A stretch of 64,000 nucleotides of DNA from Octopus sinensis (GCF_006345805.1 NC_042999.1:71362001-71426000), one strand, 5' to 3'; counted from the first letter of the stretch, positions 13,078 to 25,960 are shown. The notes: generated from the sequence alone by a model not told the origin. Translations and numbers: made by a program.

Positions 13078-13503
13078 GCATGATGTGGAAAATATTCCAT
13101 CAACATTACACAAATGATGTTGGCATCGCCTTTAAGATATACTCAAGACTTGGATTCTGTGCTATCCGCCTACGACATAAATGATATTCGCATCACATAA
13201 CTACAATATGGCACAGTTATTTCACATAAATTGGCCCTGCTCTCTTTAACATTACACCAAAACACATTAAAATAGAAACAGACTTCATAAAATTCTAAAA
13301 TCCTTTGGACAAATTCCTTCAAAACATCCCGGATAAACCTCCTATACCCGAATATATCTCCGTAAACAATAAATCTCTCCTCGAGTGGGTTAAGCTGTAC
13401 GTTTCCTGATTTGAATGACTTTGCCAGGTGGTTTTATTAAGTTAGACATAGCCTGACCCAATACTGGCCGAAACAGGTCAAAGTATCAAAGTATCAAAGT
13501 ATA
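13078..13503 (+). mobile_element. CR1/L2-like LINE 3' end with (CAAAGTAT)3 tail
   Basis: WKIFHQHYTNDVGIAFK...IGPALFNITPKHIK...SLDKFLQNIPDKPPIPEYISVNNKSLLEW, followed by a short UTR and tandem caaagtat. Confidence 0.75.
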
Positions 13504-14048
13504 TTGACAAAGAAACGGCGAAAAAATATTTCTCGAAGAAAAAATATCTACATAGGTAAATGCACATACACATACACACGTACTCATGCACACAATATAG
13601 TTTGCATATCTAGGAATCAAGAATTATGTTTTTTTTCTGGTGGAGAGCACTGTATATGTACCCTTATGAAAGGAGTAAGCTTACCAATTTATTTTATAGA
13701 CATATATTTTTATTTCCCTATTATTTCCAAATTAGTCTGGACTAGTTCTGGGAAATCCTGGTTGGCTGTGAATATCCTTCTCTATTTGGTATCTCACCCA
13801 ACTGTTTCTACCATAAGTTGCCTTCTCCCACCTCACCTCAGACGAACGATACCTTACAGGCATACATGCAACATACATGCACAGCCCTAGAGGGTATCTT
13901 TGATCTTTAGTATTTTATAATCAACTTCATTGTTTCCTAAGATGAAAAGCCTTGCAAGGTATATGTAATTTTGAAAATATGAAATAATACAGTCTCGATA
14001 GGCGTTATGTTTCTTGATTTGCAGATAACTTAGGTCTATGACTATGTC

Positions 14049-14080
<32 letters not shown>

Positions 14081-14441
14081 GCTACTACTGCTGCTACTGC
14101 TGCTGCTGCTGCTACTACTACTACTATTACTACTACTACTACTACTACTATGTAAAATAAATACTTATATATATACATACGTGTACATACATATAAATCC
14201 GATTTGAGTATTACACACACTCATCTATATTTAATAATAACAATAATCCTTGGATGAAGTTTATAAGCATTCAGGATTATTATTATTATTTTTATATTTA
14301 TTCTACGCTATATCGGTACAACTTAATGCAACTTCCCCAAAACTGGTTCACGAGCCTAATGTAATCATTAGACTATGCCCGGCGTAAAAGAATAGGAGAT
14401 TTATTTGCCTATTCAAAACGTTTCCCGTAGACAAATTTTAA

Positions 14442-14487
<46 letters not shown>

Positions 14488-14509
14488 TATTTATGTATGT
14501 ATGTATGTA

Positions 14510-14631
14510 TACGACAGACTTCTTTCAGTTTCCGTCTACCAAACCCACTCACAAGGCTTAGGTCGGCCCGAGGCTATAGTTGAAGACACTTCCACAAGGT
14601 GCCACGCAGTGGGACTGAACCCGGAATCATG
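14510..14631 (-). mobile_element. SINE family A, 5' internal fragment
   Basis: ttctttcagtttccgtctaccaaacccactcacaaggc...gccacgcagtgggactgaaccc. Confidence 0.85.
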
Positions 14632-14639
14632 TAAATACA

Positions 14640-14790
14640 CATGCATATATGGGTACAGGACGTAAAAAAAAAACGTGAACAACATGAAAAACGAGAACAG
14701 GAAAATCAAAAACATGGAAGACCACTTTTTTTCGAAAAACGAAAGAAACGAATAGAGAAACGAGCCAGGCAACATATATATAATTTTTCC
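14640..14790 (+). repeat. Dispersed repeat, same family as the arms of the 22380-22792 inverted repeat
   Basis: atatgggtacaggacgtaaaaaaaaacgtgaac... aligns to 22438-22560. Confidence 0.7.
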
Positions 14791-15004
14791 GTTATTCGGT
14801 TTTTGTTTTTACGTAGCATACTTGTGGTTTCTAAGAATTCTTCTCCAGTTCTAGAGATTTCATTGAAACTATAAGTACTGACGTGCAATTGAAGAGCCGA
14901 ACAAATTCAATAATTAATATCTATAATATACATTGAGTACTTTTCCTCCTGTTCGTTATGAAGAGCATTATGTATGTGAGTGTGTGTGTGTATGTCATCT
15001 ATAT

Positions 15005-15054
<50 letters not shown>

Positions 15055-15115
15055 GCATATACACATAACACGAGTAGACGACACAAGCACACACACACAC
15101 ACACACACACACAGA

Positions 15116-15285
15116 AGCGCAGGCGTTATTGTGTGGTAAGAAGCTTGCTTGCCAAACACATGGTTTCGGATTCAGGACCACTGCATGGAAATTTGGATTG
15201 GTGTCTTCTACTTATATCCTTGGGCCGACCAAATGCTTGTGAGTGGATCTGGTTAACGGAAACGGAAAGAAGTATGTCGCATATG

Positions 15286-15339
<54 letters not shown>

Positions 15340-15530
15340 GTATACGTCTATATGTCTGTATTTGTCCCTATTACCACTTGACAACCGGTGTTGGTGTGTT
15401 TACGGTCCCGTAACTTAACATTTCAGCAAATGTGAACGATAACATAAGGATTAAGCTTTAAAATTCAGTCCTGGGGTCGATTTGTTCGACTAAAACCCTT
15501 CAAGGCGGTGATCCACCACGGTTGCAGTAT
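15116..15530 (+). mobile_element. SINE family A, full length, diverged
   Basis: Head gcgcaggcgttattgtgtggtaagaagc, internal microsatellite, tail ttcaaggcggtgatccacc. Confidence 0.85.
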
Positions 15531-15549
15531 CTTATCTCTAAGATACCCT

Positions 15550-15608
<59 letters not shown>

Positions 15609-15639
15609 CGATATATATTACGATCGCTATTTTCAAGCA

Positions 15640-15900
15640 AATATCGGTACCTCGTTGTACCATTTATTTACTTTTATATGTATATATAAAATGTGACCTC
15701 GTGTGTACCGTTGGCGATTGTGTTTCCTCTGTCTTCCCTTCTCTGGATCTTTCCTTCTCCTATGTTTCTGACGAAGAGCTCCGCTCGAAACGTTAAGCCC
15801 TCCTTCTTTCCTTCTTTCCTGAGCGTCCAATAATACTATATTTGTTCCACGTCCTCGCGTTGTTGTGTTCTTTTGTGCTTTCTTGTTTGGATTAACTTTA
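15640..15900 (+). mobile_element. Penelope-like element terminal (tail) sequence, family 1
   Basis: Its last 90 bp recur at 22196, next to a Penelope-like ORF. It shares gaagagc..gctcgaaacgt and ttcctgagcgt..taatac with the GIY-YIG-linked tail at 50946-51010. Confidence 0.65.
15764..15798 (+). ncRNA. Putative minimal type I hammerhead ribozyme (canonical core)
   Basis: GTTT CTGACGA A GAGC-tcc-GCTC GAAA CGT T AAGC: CUGANGA core, extra A, 4-bp stem II, palindromic ACGT stem III, GUU site, 4-bp stem I with one G.U. Confidence 0.55.
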
Positions 15901-16122
15901 TATATATATATATATATGTGTGTGTGGTGTGTGTGCGTGTGTGTGTGTGTGTGTGCGTGTGTGTGTGTGTGTGTGTGCGTGTGTGTGTGTGTGTGTGTTT
16001 GTGTATCTACATCTTCCTTTTTTAATTCCCCACTGTATATATATATTTTATATATAGATAGATAGATACACAGAAACCAATATATGTGTGCTTGTGTGTA
16101 AGTGTGAAAGTGTGTGTCAGTG

Positions 16123-16201
<79 letters not shown>

Positions 16202-17440
16202 GTGTGTGTGTGTGTGAGTGTATTTATCTTTATCTATTTACAATCTATGTATATACGTACCTATCTATATATGTATATGTATGTGTGTGTGTGTGTGTGT
16301 GTCCGTCTAGATGCGTATGTATGCATACTGTTTGACAAGCTAGAGTCTGTTGCTGTCTTCAATTTCTTGTCGCTTAGCAACATTACTAACAATTGGATCA
16401 CTTCTACCTCTCCACAACTATACTAATATACATGTATACAGCTTCACAGACGTTTACATAGAAGAATAAACACCACAAAACACATTGAGATAGAGGAAAA
16501 CACACTGAGACATAATTACACATGTACCTGTGCGTGTATCAGGTTTTGATATTTCTCTATATTTATCAATGTGTTAGCGAATGAGTTAGTCTATGCTTTT
16601 GTATATCTCTTGTTTTTTTAATAAAATTATTGACCTAATGATGGGCTTGGTGTATCATCAAGTTAAGAACTAATACCACTGGCATGTTTGAAGGGAAATA
16701 TAAGAGCAAATAAATTCACTACATAAAAACTAACTAGTATATTTATTATAAAGTATCAACTGACACATATCCCTTTCTAACAATAAATAATTGTCTGTGT
16801 ATGTAACACCACACGCACACGCGCAAGCACACACACACACACACATATACGGAAACACATGTGTATATATATGTTTCTGTGCTGTATAGTATGCAGAGTA
16901 TATAATTTCTACGAAACATAGTTGTGTTGAAGCAGCCGAATAAGTATCTTAGCTTTCAGGAAATGATCTATTGGAAAAGGAGTAAATTGCAGAATTTTTC
17001 CCCATGAAAATGAAATACAAATAAATTATAATTGAACTAACGGATTTAACTAATGTAGCCCAATGGCATGGATATAACTTACACAAGTAGGTGTTTTTGA
17101 ACAAAGACATACAAATCATTAATTGACGATAGTGTCAGAGAGCCAGCAAACGATAACCGAAAAGCCCCGAGCTTATGGTTAGTGCATCTTAAATGGGGAA
17201 TATTTTCAAGGAACTAGAAATGAATTTTACAGATAATTAATTTGAAACTTAAGTAAGTGGAATTGAATTTATTTTCGCAGCAATGACGTGGTTATCTCAT
17301 ACAGACATTGATACATACATATATACATACATACATGCAAACATACATACATACATACGTACATAGATACAAACATACAGTCAGACATACATGTGAGTGT
17401 GTGCGTGTATATATATACATCTATACACACACACCATATA

Positions 17441-17521
<81 letters not shown>

Positions 17522-17851
17522 TATATATTATATATATATACATATACATATACATGTACACACACATATATACAGTATGGAGTAATTAAGATTTATAGAA
17601 AATAATAGAGGAAAGTTACAGAGAGACAATGTTTCAGAATATAAAAAAAGTGTTCCCTTGACGACCCAATGCGGTTAGGCATCGAAATGTAGTTGGAACA
17701 CCAAATGCTGTGTTCCAGATACTTGAATTAGTGAAAGATACGTATGAATTAATAATCTATATTTGTTTGTGTCATAATTTCCCCCTATATATGCAATGAA
17801 TATCTTCACATGGAGTAGTAGTCATACACGCATACAATATTTAAACATATA

Positions 17852-17888
<37 letters not shown>

Positions 17889-18379
17889 GCATTTGTGAGT
17901 AATGTCATACATCCATCCATCCATACATACATACATACATGCATACACACACACATACAATAATAATTTCTTAAGTAGCAAGAGGATAGATTTGGTATTA
18001 ATCTTCATTTTGTACAACAGTCGTTTCGATTCATCCTGCTTTCGTCCCTTATGGGTGGGACTCCGTTCAACATGTATTGCTTCCATTTTGCAGTCTGGCT
18101 CATCCATACATAAAGTTGTGTCACGCTGAAGATCCTGAGTTTGGGTTGTCGTGTTGCTATATGACCGTCTGGTTAGAGAATGAAACATTGCAACAATTTT
18201 CAATTACTGTCATCTTTAATAATAAGGATTGCAACCATTTGCAAATATAGATAAAATATTGATAAAAAATAAATGAATAAATAAAAAATAACAGCATTTG
18301 ACACCTTAGACTTAGATTTTCAGTGTTTGTAAGTGTATCACTCCCTTGCCCTTAGCTTGCCAATTGACGTTAGAGCAGC

Positions 18380-19068
18380 GTTGCAAAATTGCCCCTTAGC
18401 ATGAAGTTTTTCAGTCTTCTACGGCACTTCACCGCAAGTTTGAGAAAGTTTATGGCTATCACACTGCTCCAACGGGCAGCACAATTTATGCTATCCATAG
18501 GAAATTTCTCTGAAGAGATCTGTTCTTGACAAACCACACAGCGGCAGCTTTACTACTATCACCATTGATGAAAATACAGAACTCCTGAAGCAAGCGTTAG
18601 CGAAAAGCCAGAGGAAGTCCATCCGGAGGATAGCACTGGATCTTAGCATCAACAAATGCTCGATTCAGCGGATGCTTCGAAAGCTCCACTCCTACCGACT
18701 TCAGGTTGTTCAAAGGCTTCAAGCGGAAGATCATGATGCTCGTGTGGAAATGTGTGAATCACTCCCCCACAATTACTAAAATGACTTTCAGTTCTTGGAA
18801 AACTTATGGTTCAGTGATGAGTCTATCTTTCATCTCTTTGGTCAGGTAAACCGACACAGTTGTCGAATTCAGGGAAAATCAAAATCAACAGAAATTCCCG
18901 AACATGAACGAGAAGCTGGTGGTTTGGTGTGCCATGTGCAAGGGAAAGATACACTTACAAAAGCTGTAAAGTCTAAGGTGTCAAATTCTGACGGCCTCAT
19001 GTCACTCCGAATGATACTTGAAACGAAATAGAAAAAAGAAAGTGTGTAATGACTTTTGGGATACCCTG
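18380..19068 (+). pseudogene. Tc1/mariner-superfamily element (DUF4817-like HTH), internally deleted, right TIR retained
   Basis: RKFEKVYGYHTAPTGSTIYAIHRKF...SQRKSIRRIALDLSI...LWFSDESIFHLFGQVNRHSCRI. The element ends gacttttgggataccctg|TA. Confidence 0.85.
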
Positions 19069-19083
19069 TATATATATATATAT

Positions 19084-19466
19084 ACAAGCAGTATCGCCCG
19101 GCGTTGCTCAGGTTTGTAAGGGAAATAACTATAAAGCATTTTTAGAGAGTTATAGCCAAAAAATAGCAAAAAAAATGGAAAAAAATGATGCTAAATTTTT
19201 TTTGAGAGTAAAAAAAGGTGGAGTTGCGTCCCCTAGATAGTTTGCGGTTTGTGTTTCTGATTCTCGACCCTATGTCGAATTTATCGATTTTTTTCAGAAC
19301 TGGGGGAACTTTTCAAAATTTTCGCTGCGTTAGTTTTGAATTATGACATTGGGATATGTGTGTGTCAAGTTTCATCAGAATCGGTTGAAAGCCGTGGTCA
19401 GGGTGAGGGTACAAGCAAACAGACACACAGAAACACGCACAGACAAACTGCCGTTTATATAGAGAC
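19084..19466 (+). mobile_element. Non-autonomous Helitron/Helentron-like element
   Basis: Starts acaagcagtatcgcccggcgttgctc and ends caagtttcatcagaatcggttgaaagccgtgg...acagacaaactgccgtttatatagag, the architecture of DINE-1/HINE-type elements; sits between (TA)n tracts. Confidence 0.6.
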
Positions 19467-19469
19467 ATA

Positions 19470-19567
<98 letters not shown>

Positions 19568-20469
19568 CATACGGATGTATGAATGTGTATATGTTTATCT
19601 CCATAGACGCACTTACATATACACAGACATACATATGCACACAAAATCATACACACACACACACGCTCACACGCACACATATATACATATTCACACACAC
19701 ACATGTGTGTGTGTGTCTATGATTAATCCGAGATCGCAAACCAAGCGGTAAATTCAGTTGTCGTTTAAAAAGTGAAAAATTGGGGAAAGATACACCGAGA
19801 GAGTACATGCTTCTGTGTGTGTGTTGTTGGAGGAGCGAGGAAGGAAGTGTATGCATACTCTCATGTATTTTTGTATGCGTTTGGTCGATGTGCCCGTGTG
19901 CGCAAGTGTGCGTCGAACATTTCTATGGTAGCTTACATTTACAGCTTTTTAGGTTAGAATGCCAAAGATGCCGGTGATTGTATATTTACTTCAGTTCTCA
20001 GACTAAACAGACAATAATAATCTCCATAAACATTTATGTGGAGCAGGATCGGTGATGTTTATTAACTCTAATAAAAGCATTAAGCGCTTCAATAATACTG
20101 AGTGGCGCATGGTTGTATATGCGTAGATATGCATATGGGGGAATATGACTTCGGTTCAAGTGATATTTCGAAATAACGTTGCTCATGATAGTTGTGTTAC
20201 AGATGAGGTTGTATGTGTGTTTTTATGAGTGTGTGTGTGTGTGTGTGTGTATTTGCACGCGCGCGTCATTGAATAGTATTCGTTTGTGTTTTTTGTATAT
20301 CTTAAATATATATTTTCATTTATGAACCTATACTTTTTAGTAGAAACTAATTTCACCGGTTTAATTTCGAAAGAGGGTGCCAATGAAGTAACTCAGTAGG
20401 TGCGTTTCATTGGATGGTCCAGCTATAATGGGCCTTAGCTTCCAGGTTTCCTGGTGTTGGTATATGTAG

Positions 20470-20818
20470 TGGAGGGCAGCGGACTCGCGGTCGTAGGATC
20501 GCGGTTTCGATTCCCAGACCGGGCATTGTGAGTGTTTATTGAGCGAAAACACCTAATGCTTCACAAGGCCCCTGCAGGGGGTGGTGGTGAACCCTGCTGT
20601 ACTCTTTCACCACAACTTTCTCTCACTCTTTCTTCCTGTTTCTGTTGTACCTGTATTTCAAAGGGCCAGCCTTGTCACACGCTGAATCTCCTCGAGAACT
20701 ACGTTAAGGGTACACGTGTCTGTGGTATGCTCAGCCACTTGCACGTTAATTCCACGAGCAAGCTGTTCCGTTGATCGTATCAGCTGGGACCCTCATCGTC
20801 GTAACCGACGGAGTGCTC
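20470..20818 (+). mobile_element. tRNA-derived SINE, head C + tail 1
   Basis: The 5' 170 bp match the head at 23555; the 3' 170 bp match the tail of 1862-2164. Confidence 0.85.
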
Positions 20819-20819
20819 C

Positions 20820-22070
20820 TATATATATATGTATGCATAACTTAGATGATTTTCTAATTGCTTCATTTATAACATAGCTTTTATGAATTTTCGCTAAGCC
20901 ATAGAAGAGGCTGGGCTTACATTTTAAGTTAGTTATGTAGTCTATTTCTCTTTTCGTCAGGCCTTTTCCGTGTATTTGAACTAATGTCGAAAGACTTATC
21001 ATTATTCTTTGAGGATTGTAGTCTTCAATCTTTTCGTAGTAGTTTTCATTATTCAGCATTAGTCGGCTTCCTTAATTGTTAATTCCTCATTATTTTGTAA
21101 TTCAGTTAACTCTTTCCATTCGCTAGCGCTAAAGTTTGAGTTGATTTTTTGTTTGTGAAGGGGGTGCAGGGGACGTTGTCAATGTGGTTGCAGAACTCGT
21201 TGAGTGTTTTATCTCTACCTTTGTGTGGGATGTGGTTACTTTCGTTTATAACTAGTGAATCATCTTCAGTATTAGAGTTAACTAGTGCTTCTGTAAGTCT
21301 TAGTTTTCTGCAGAATTCCGTTATACTATCTTTTTTTTTTATTTTGGTTGGCTCTGCGTGGAGTTGGAGTGAATTTTAATTCTTTTGAGAGTATATTGAC
21401 CTTTGTTGTTGATAGAAATTTCTTTGATAGGTTAATTATATTCGGTTTTTCCTGTGTGTTATATTCCTACGTGTGTCCCTGTTTCTCTGGTCTGGGGCTA
21501 AAAAGATGTTCGTTGTGGTTGTGTCGGTTTGGATTGTTGATGTATCTGTTGGGATTTGGGTTAAAATAATCATGATATTGCTCTATCCAGTTGTGTGTGT
21601 TCATTGGCATTGGGTATAGTGCCTAGTGTCTTTTTCATTCGTGTATGGGTTCGTAGCCATATTACAGTCTTTTCTGAAGGTTTTGGTTTGCGGAACATTC
21701 CTGTTTCTAGTATTACCTTGTATTTTCCCAAGATTTAGGGTCAACTGGGAAATTTGAAATATGGGTCTAGTATTTTTACGTTGTTAGCGATCCCTATTTC
21801 TAGTGTGTAGATGGTTTTTTCCCGATGTGTGGTTGGTTCTGTGTAATTGTTTACTTTTATTTATCCATAATTAAGGCCGGTTTGTTCTTTGTTCAATTCT
21901 TTATGATTATGCTTTGCTGCCTTCTTCATAAAGTGGTTATCCGAATTAAATTCATTTTTGAAGTTCGATTCATAACCTTGGAAGAAGTTACTATTTTCCC
22001 AGCGTTGAAGGGAATTTCTTTCTTCAGCTTCGCATGTTTCTATCCAAAGTTTAGTAATGTTTTCCATCTG
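20820..22070 (-). mobile_element. Penelope-like element ORF fragment (N-terminal region to start of RT), disrupted
   Basis: IINLSKKFLS...ILSKELKFTPTP...FCRKLRLTE...LQNNEELTIKEAD...FYGLAKIHKS, the characteristic PLE INLS / KFxPTP / IKxAD / YGLPKIHK series. Confidence 0.85.
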
Positions 22071-22195
22071 TATCTATCTATATATCTATATATTTATTTA
22101 TGTATGTATGTATGTATGTATGTATGTATGTATGTATGTATGTATGTATCTATCTATCTATCTATCTATCTCTCTCTCTCTCTATATATATATAT

Positions 22196-22281
22196 TTCCT
22201 GAGCGTCAAATAATACTTTAATTGTTCCACGTCCTCGCGTTGCTGTGTTTTTTTCTGTGTTTTCTTGTTTGGATTAACTTT
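22196..22281 (+). mobile_element. Penelope-like tail family 1, short copy, inverted relative to the adjacent PLE ORF
   Basis: ttcctgagcgtcaaataatac...ccacgtcctcgcgttg...ttggattaactt corresponds to 15815-15899. Confidence 0.8.
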
Positions 22282-22379
22282 ATATATATATATATATATA
22301 GATCGATAGATAGATAAAGCTTACTTAGAAAAAGATGCGTGACGTTCGATCATATAATAATATAAATAATATATAAATA

Positions 22380-22789
22380 TATACATATAGACATACACAT
22401 ATGTACATACCTACATACATATGTATATATACATGCATATATGGGTACAGGAACCAGAAAAACGTTGAACACAATGAGAAACAAAGACATAAAAAGAAAA
22501 ACATAGAAACGAACTTTTTTTCAAACAACGAAAAAGGACAGAGAAACCAGACATACAACATAAAGAATAATTCCCTTCTTCAGTTGTCCCTCAGGGGAAT
22601 ATTCTTTATGTCGTAAGTCTCGTTTCTCTGGGTTTTTTTTTGTTGTTTCAAAAAAAGTTCGTTTCTATGTTTTTGCTTTTTATGTATTCGCTTCTCATTG
22701 TGTTCAACGTTTTTCTGATGTCCTGTGCCCATATATTCATGTACATATATATAAATGTATGTAGGTATGTACATATATGTATGTCTATA

Positions 22790-22792
<3 letters not shown>
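22380..22792. repeat. Long inverted repeat, arms about 195 bp, spacer about 18 bp
   Basis: 22380-22575 is the reverse complement of about 22594-22792, with scattered mismatches. Confidence 0.9.
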
Positions 22793-22823
<31 letters not shown>

Positions 22824-22852
22824 GGTATGTACATATATGTATGTCTATATGC

Positions 22853-22904
<52 letters not shown>

Positions 22905-23414
22905 CATACATACATACATACATATATAAAAGTCGAATGCTGACATATTTGCTTCTTTCCTAGGGGAAATTGTTAAACAAAGGAGGAACTGTTAAATATT
23001 CTTATATGTAGAGATCATCGAAGAAGTAAGTTATCAGAGGCATAAGTATGGCATTAGCTTGTTCTATGAAAAGGCAGAGTTGATATGTGATATCTTATCG
23101 ATAGCTATCACATTATGAGTTTTGAAGAAAACATTATGTATTCGTTATCGGTGGTGTTCAATTTGTTTGCCTTATTTCTGACAGTGTAACTTCATCTTTT
23201 TAGTGCATTTCATTTTAAAGTAAAAAGACATCATAAAATTTTCATATTGCAAAAATTTTGTATTGAATTTCAACAAAAATCACTAATTCTTTAAAGACAG
23301 TATAATTTCTCTGACTTTTTGTTATCACATGTCAATGTGTTTATATATTTTAAAAATTTCTATATGAATGAATATAAATAATGAAATAATTACCATATAT
23401 AATTTTTTTCCTCT

Positions 23415-23925
23415 AAGGCACATGGCCTGAAATTGATGGGGAAATTACATCAAACCCCAGTGTTTGACTGGTACTTATTTTATTGACCCCCAAAGAATGA
23501 AAGACAAAGTCGTTTTTGGCGTGATTTGTATTCAGAACGTAAATAGAGGAAATGTGGAGGCGCAATGGCCCAGTGGTTAGGGCTGCGGACTCGCGGTTTC
23601 GATTCCCAGACCGGGCGTTGTGTGCGTTTATTGAGCGAAAACACCTAAAAGCTCCACGATGCTCCGGTAGGTGAGGGGGGAGTGACCCCTGTTGTACTAT
23701 TTCGCCACAACTTTCTCTCACTCTTTCTTCCTGTTTCTTGAGTAACGCTGCGATGGACTGGGCTCCCGTCAAGCTGGGGGGAACACATACGCCACAGAAA
23801 CCGAGAAACCGGGCCCATGAGCCTGGCTAGGCTTGAAAAGGGCGACGTTATTTTTTTTTAAATAGATGAAATGCCATTAAACATTTTGTTCTATGCGCTG
23901 TCGATTCTGGTAGCTCGCTAGCTTA
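23415..23925 (-). mobile_element. Old SINE family D copy split by a younger SINE insertion
   Basis: The D body (23415-23554) and D head (23860-23925) flank the insertion. Confidence 0.7.
23555..23859 (+). mobile_element. tRNA-derived SINE, head C + tail 2, with 14-bp TSD
   Basis: A box TGGCCCAGTGG, B box GTTTCGATTCC; flanked by aaatagaggaaatg and aaatagatgaaatg. Confidence 0.9.
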
Positions 23926-23953
23926 TCACGTTATATGACTTCAATATATATAT

Positions 23954-24004
<51 letters not shown>

Positions 24005-24177
24005 TATATATTTAACCCCACTTGAAAGACCAAACCAAGCGATAAATTCTAAGAAGCATATTTGTTAAGATTCTACTGATCAACTTTGCCTTATTATTTA
24101 TAATGTTTACCATAACCAGCGACCAAATGACTCACACAATTCCAACTTATTTTGTTTTTTTCTTTATAAAACCTTTT

Positions 24178-24360
24178 ATCGTTTAGTTGTTTCAGCAAAA
24201 GATAAAAAATGAAAGATTTTTCAAACTGCAGCCATGGTAGGGCACGGCTTTAAAGACTTTTAGTCGAATGAATTGACTCCAGTACTTTTGAACCTGGAAT
24301 TTATTCTTTCGCTTTCTTTTGCCGAACTGATAAGTTACGGGGACACAGACAAACCAACAC
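24178..24360 (-). mobile_element. SINE family A 3' half, degenerate
   Basis: tagtcgaatgaattgactccagtac...ttttgccgaactgataagttacggggac. Confidence 0.65.
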
Positions 24361-25153
24361 TAATTGGAGTGAAAAACAGTGATACTTGTGTCAGGAGTTG
24401 TGACCGACAGATACTAAAAGTAATGAAAATATAATTTCCTTGGTTCGACTACAACCAGTTTCGAATGGAATGAAAGAAATAAACCATTACAAAGTGTGTT
24501 CAATGTTGTGGTTGTTTAGAATGATGTAAGGATATGTACCTGAATAGGATAACGCGAAGTGCCTTTAAATATTTTGTTATTTATTGTGATCTGTTAACTG
24601 CTACATTCTCAACGACAAGTTCCACATGTAAAATGTTAGTCTTGTTCAGTAAATAAAAAATAATTAATATCTACATTAGACTCCTGTTTATGTAAAATCT
24701 TACTAAACCCGTAGCTGTTAATAATATTCAAGAAACCTATACACATATCGATGGAAAATATTCTGATACATTCTAAAAGAAACCACACTGTAAAGAACAG
24801 AAAACTTTGGAAAACTTCGATAGCACGGCGTTTTTTCTCTATAAGCGAAATTATAGCACAAATTACAATCCTAAATTCCAATTTAAATCCTCCAAAAGTT
24901 CAACGATCGATACTACAAACGCTTGAAGAATTGTTTCAATTAATTAAAATTTAAAATTCAGGAAAATTAACAATAGCATTCAGATGAAGTTAAAAACAGT
25001 CAATATGAAGAAAACCAACTCTAATGAAATTTGTAATTCCTTTTGACAAGAGAATGTCATATGAAATCGAACATAATAAATTCTACCGTCATATTTCCAA
25101 TTCCATCATTACAGTATGAAAGTGAAATTAACACAAAAGGACTGAAAGTTACA

Positions 25154-25640
25154 ATTGGGTTGGCTAAAAAGTTTGTTCGTTTTTTCTTTTTATTTTTCGA
25201 CACTAAAGTCAAAGAACCCGAATAAGTAGCTAAATGCAGCCTGTCCCTTGCGCATGCATACTCCATAGATACTTGAGACATTAATGTAGATCGGCAAGAA
25301 CTTGTGACGAGACAGGTTGTAGAAGATTATCAACAACTCATGCTTTTTTTTATTTTTAAAAACGTCAAGAAAGCGGAAAAACCCTTCAGAAGGATACGCG
25401 CTCTGTATGGAGAGGATGGTGTTATGGAACGTGTATACAAAAAGTTATTTCCTAGATTTCAATAGGGAGATTTTTCAGTTCGAGATGCATTTTGCTCTGG
25501 CCGGCCAACTAAAAAATCGACATCAACCCGTGTCAATTAAAAATCTTGCTCTGGTCGGCCAACTAAAAAATCGACATCAACCAGTGTCAATTAAAAATCT
25601 TGCTCTGGCCGGCCAATTAAAAGTCGACGCCAACCCGTGT
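25154..25640 (+). pseudogene. mariner-like element 5' fragment (TIR + HTH) ending in a 54-bp x3 repeat
   Basis: TIR-like ttgggttggctaaaaagtt, then LFYF...RIRALYGEDGVMERVYKKLFPRFQ.GDFSVRD...SGRP. Confidence 0.75.
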
Positions 25641-25912
25641 ATATAGATAAATCCATATATAGGTAAAAACATATCTTCCAAAAAAAAAAAAAAATCTAGC
25701 AGTGTGACGGAAGGCCGACAATACAACCAACCGGTGAGAGAAAATGCAGACAGGTAAGGATAAAGAAAAACTGACCTGTTTCCGTGTATAATCCACTTTG
25801 AAATTTACGGTCCTCAGGTGGAAAAAACAATCACTATGTGGAGTGGACCAACGCAAAGAAAGATTGTAAGATTTTTTACGATTACTTCAGTAATAAAATA
25901 CTTAACTTATAT

Positions 25913-25960
25913 ATTACCTCCGCCAAGGAAGGAGGTTATGTTTCAATGGTATTCAGTGGT
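25913..25960 (+). mobile_element. Possible Helentron-like non-autonomous element 5' end
   Basis: attacctccgccaaggaaggaggttatgttt, a hairpin-forming terminus resembling such elements; very short. Confidence 0.35.

Noticed and set aside
13450-13485. cctga...ggccgaaacaggtc resembling a hammerhead
   Set aside because: The core reads CTGACCC and there is no adjacent stem I; it is better explained as the LINE 3' UTR stem-loop.
17970-18170. Minus-strand acceptor followed by two open frames
   Set aside because: No convincing donor or homology; it lies between a microsatellite and a Tc1 fossil.
22560-22592. CTGAAGA on the minus strand at the centre of the inverted repeat
   Set aside because: No GAAA or NUH follows in register.
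25492-25640. Regularly spaced repeats as a possible CRISPR array
   Set aside because: The units are contiguous with no unique spacers, the context is eukaryotic, and there are no cas genes.
25765-25822. Minus-strand CTGAGGA...CGT/ACG...GAAAC AG GTC, a full set of hammerhead core nucleotides
   Set aside because: No stem I can form (ccac versus agtt), stem III is not palindromic, and no type II or III arrangement works.
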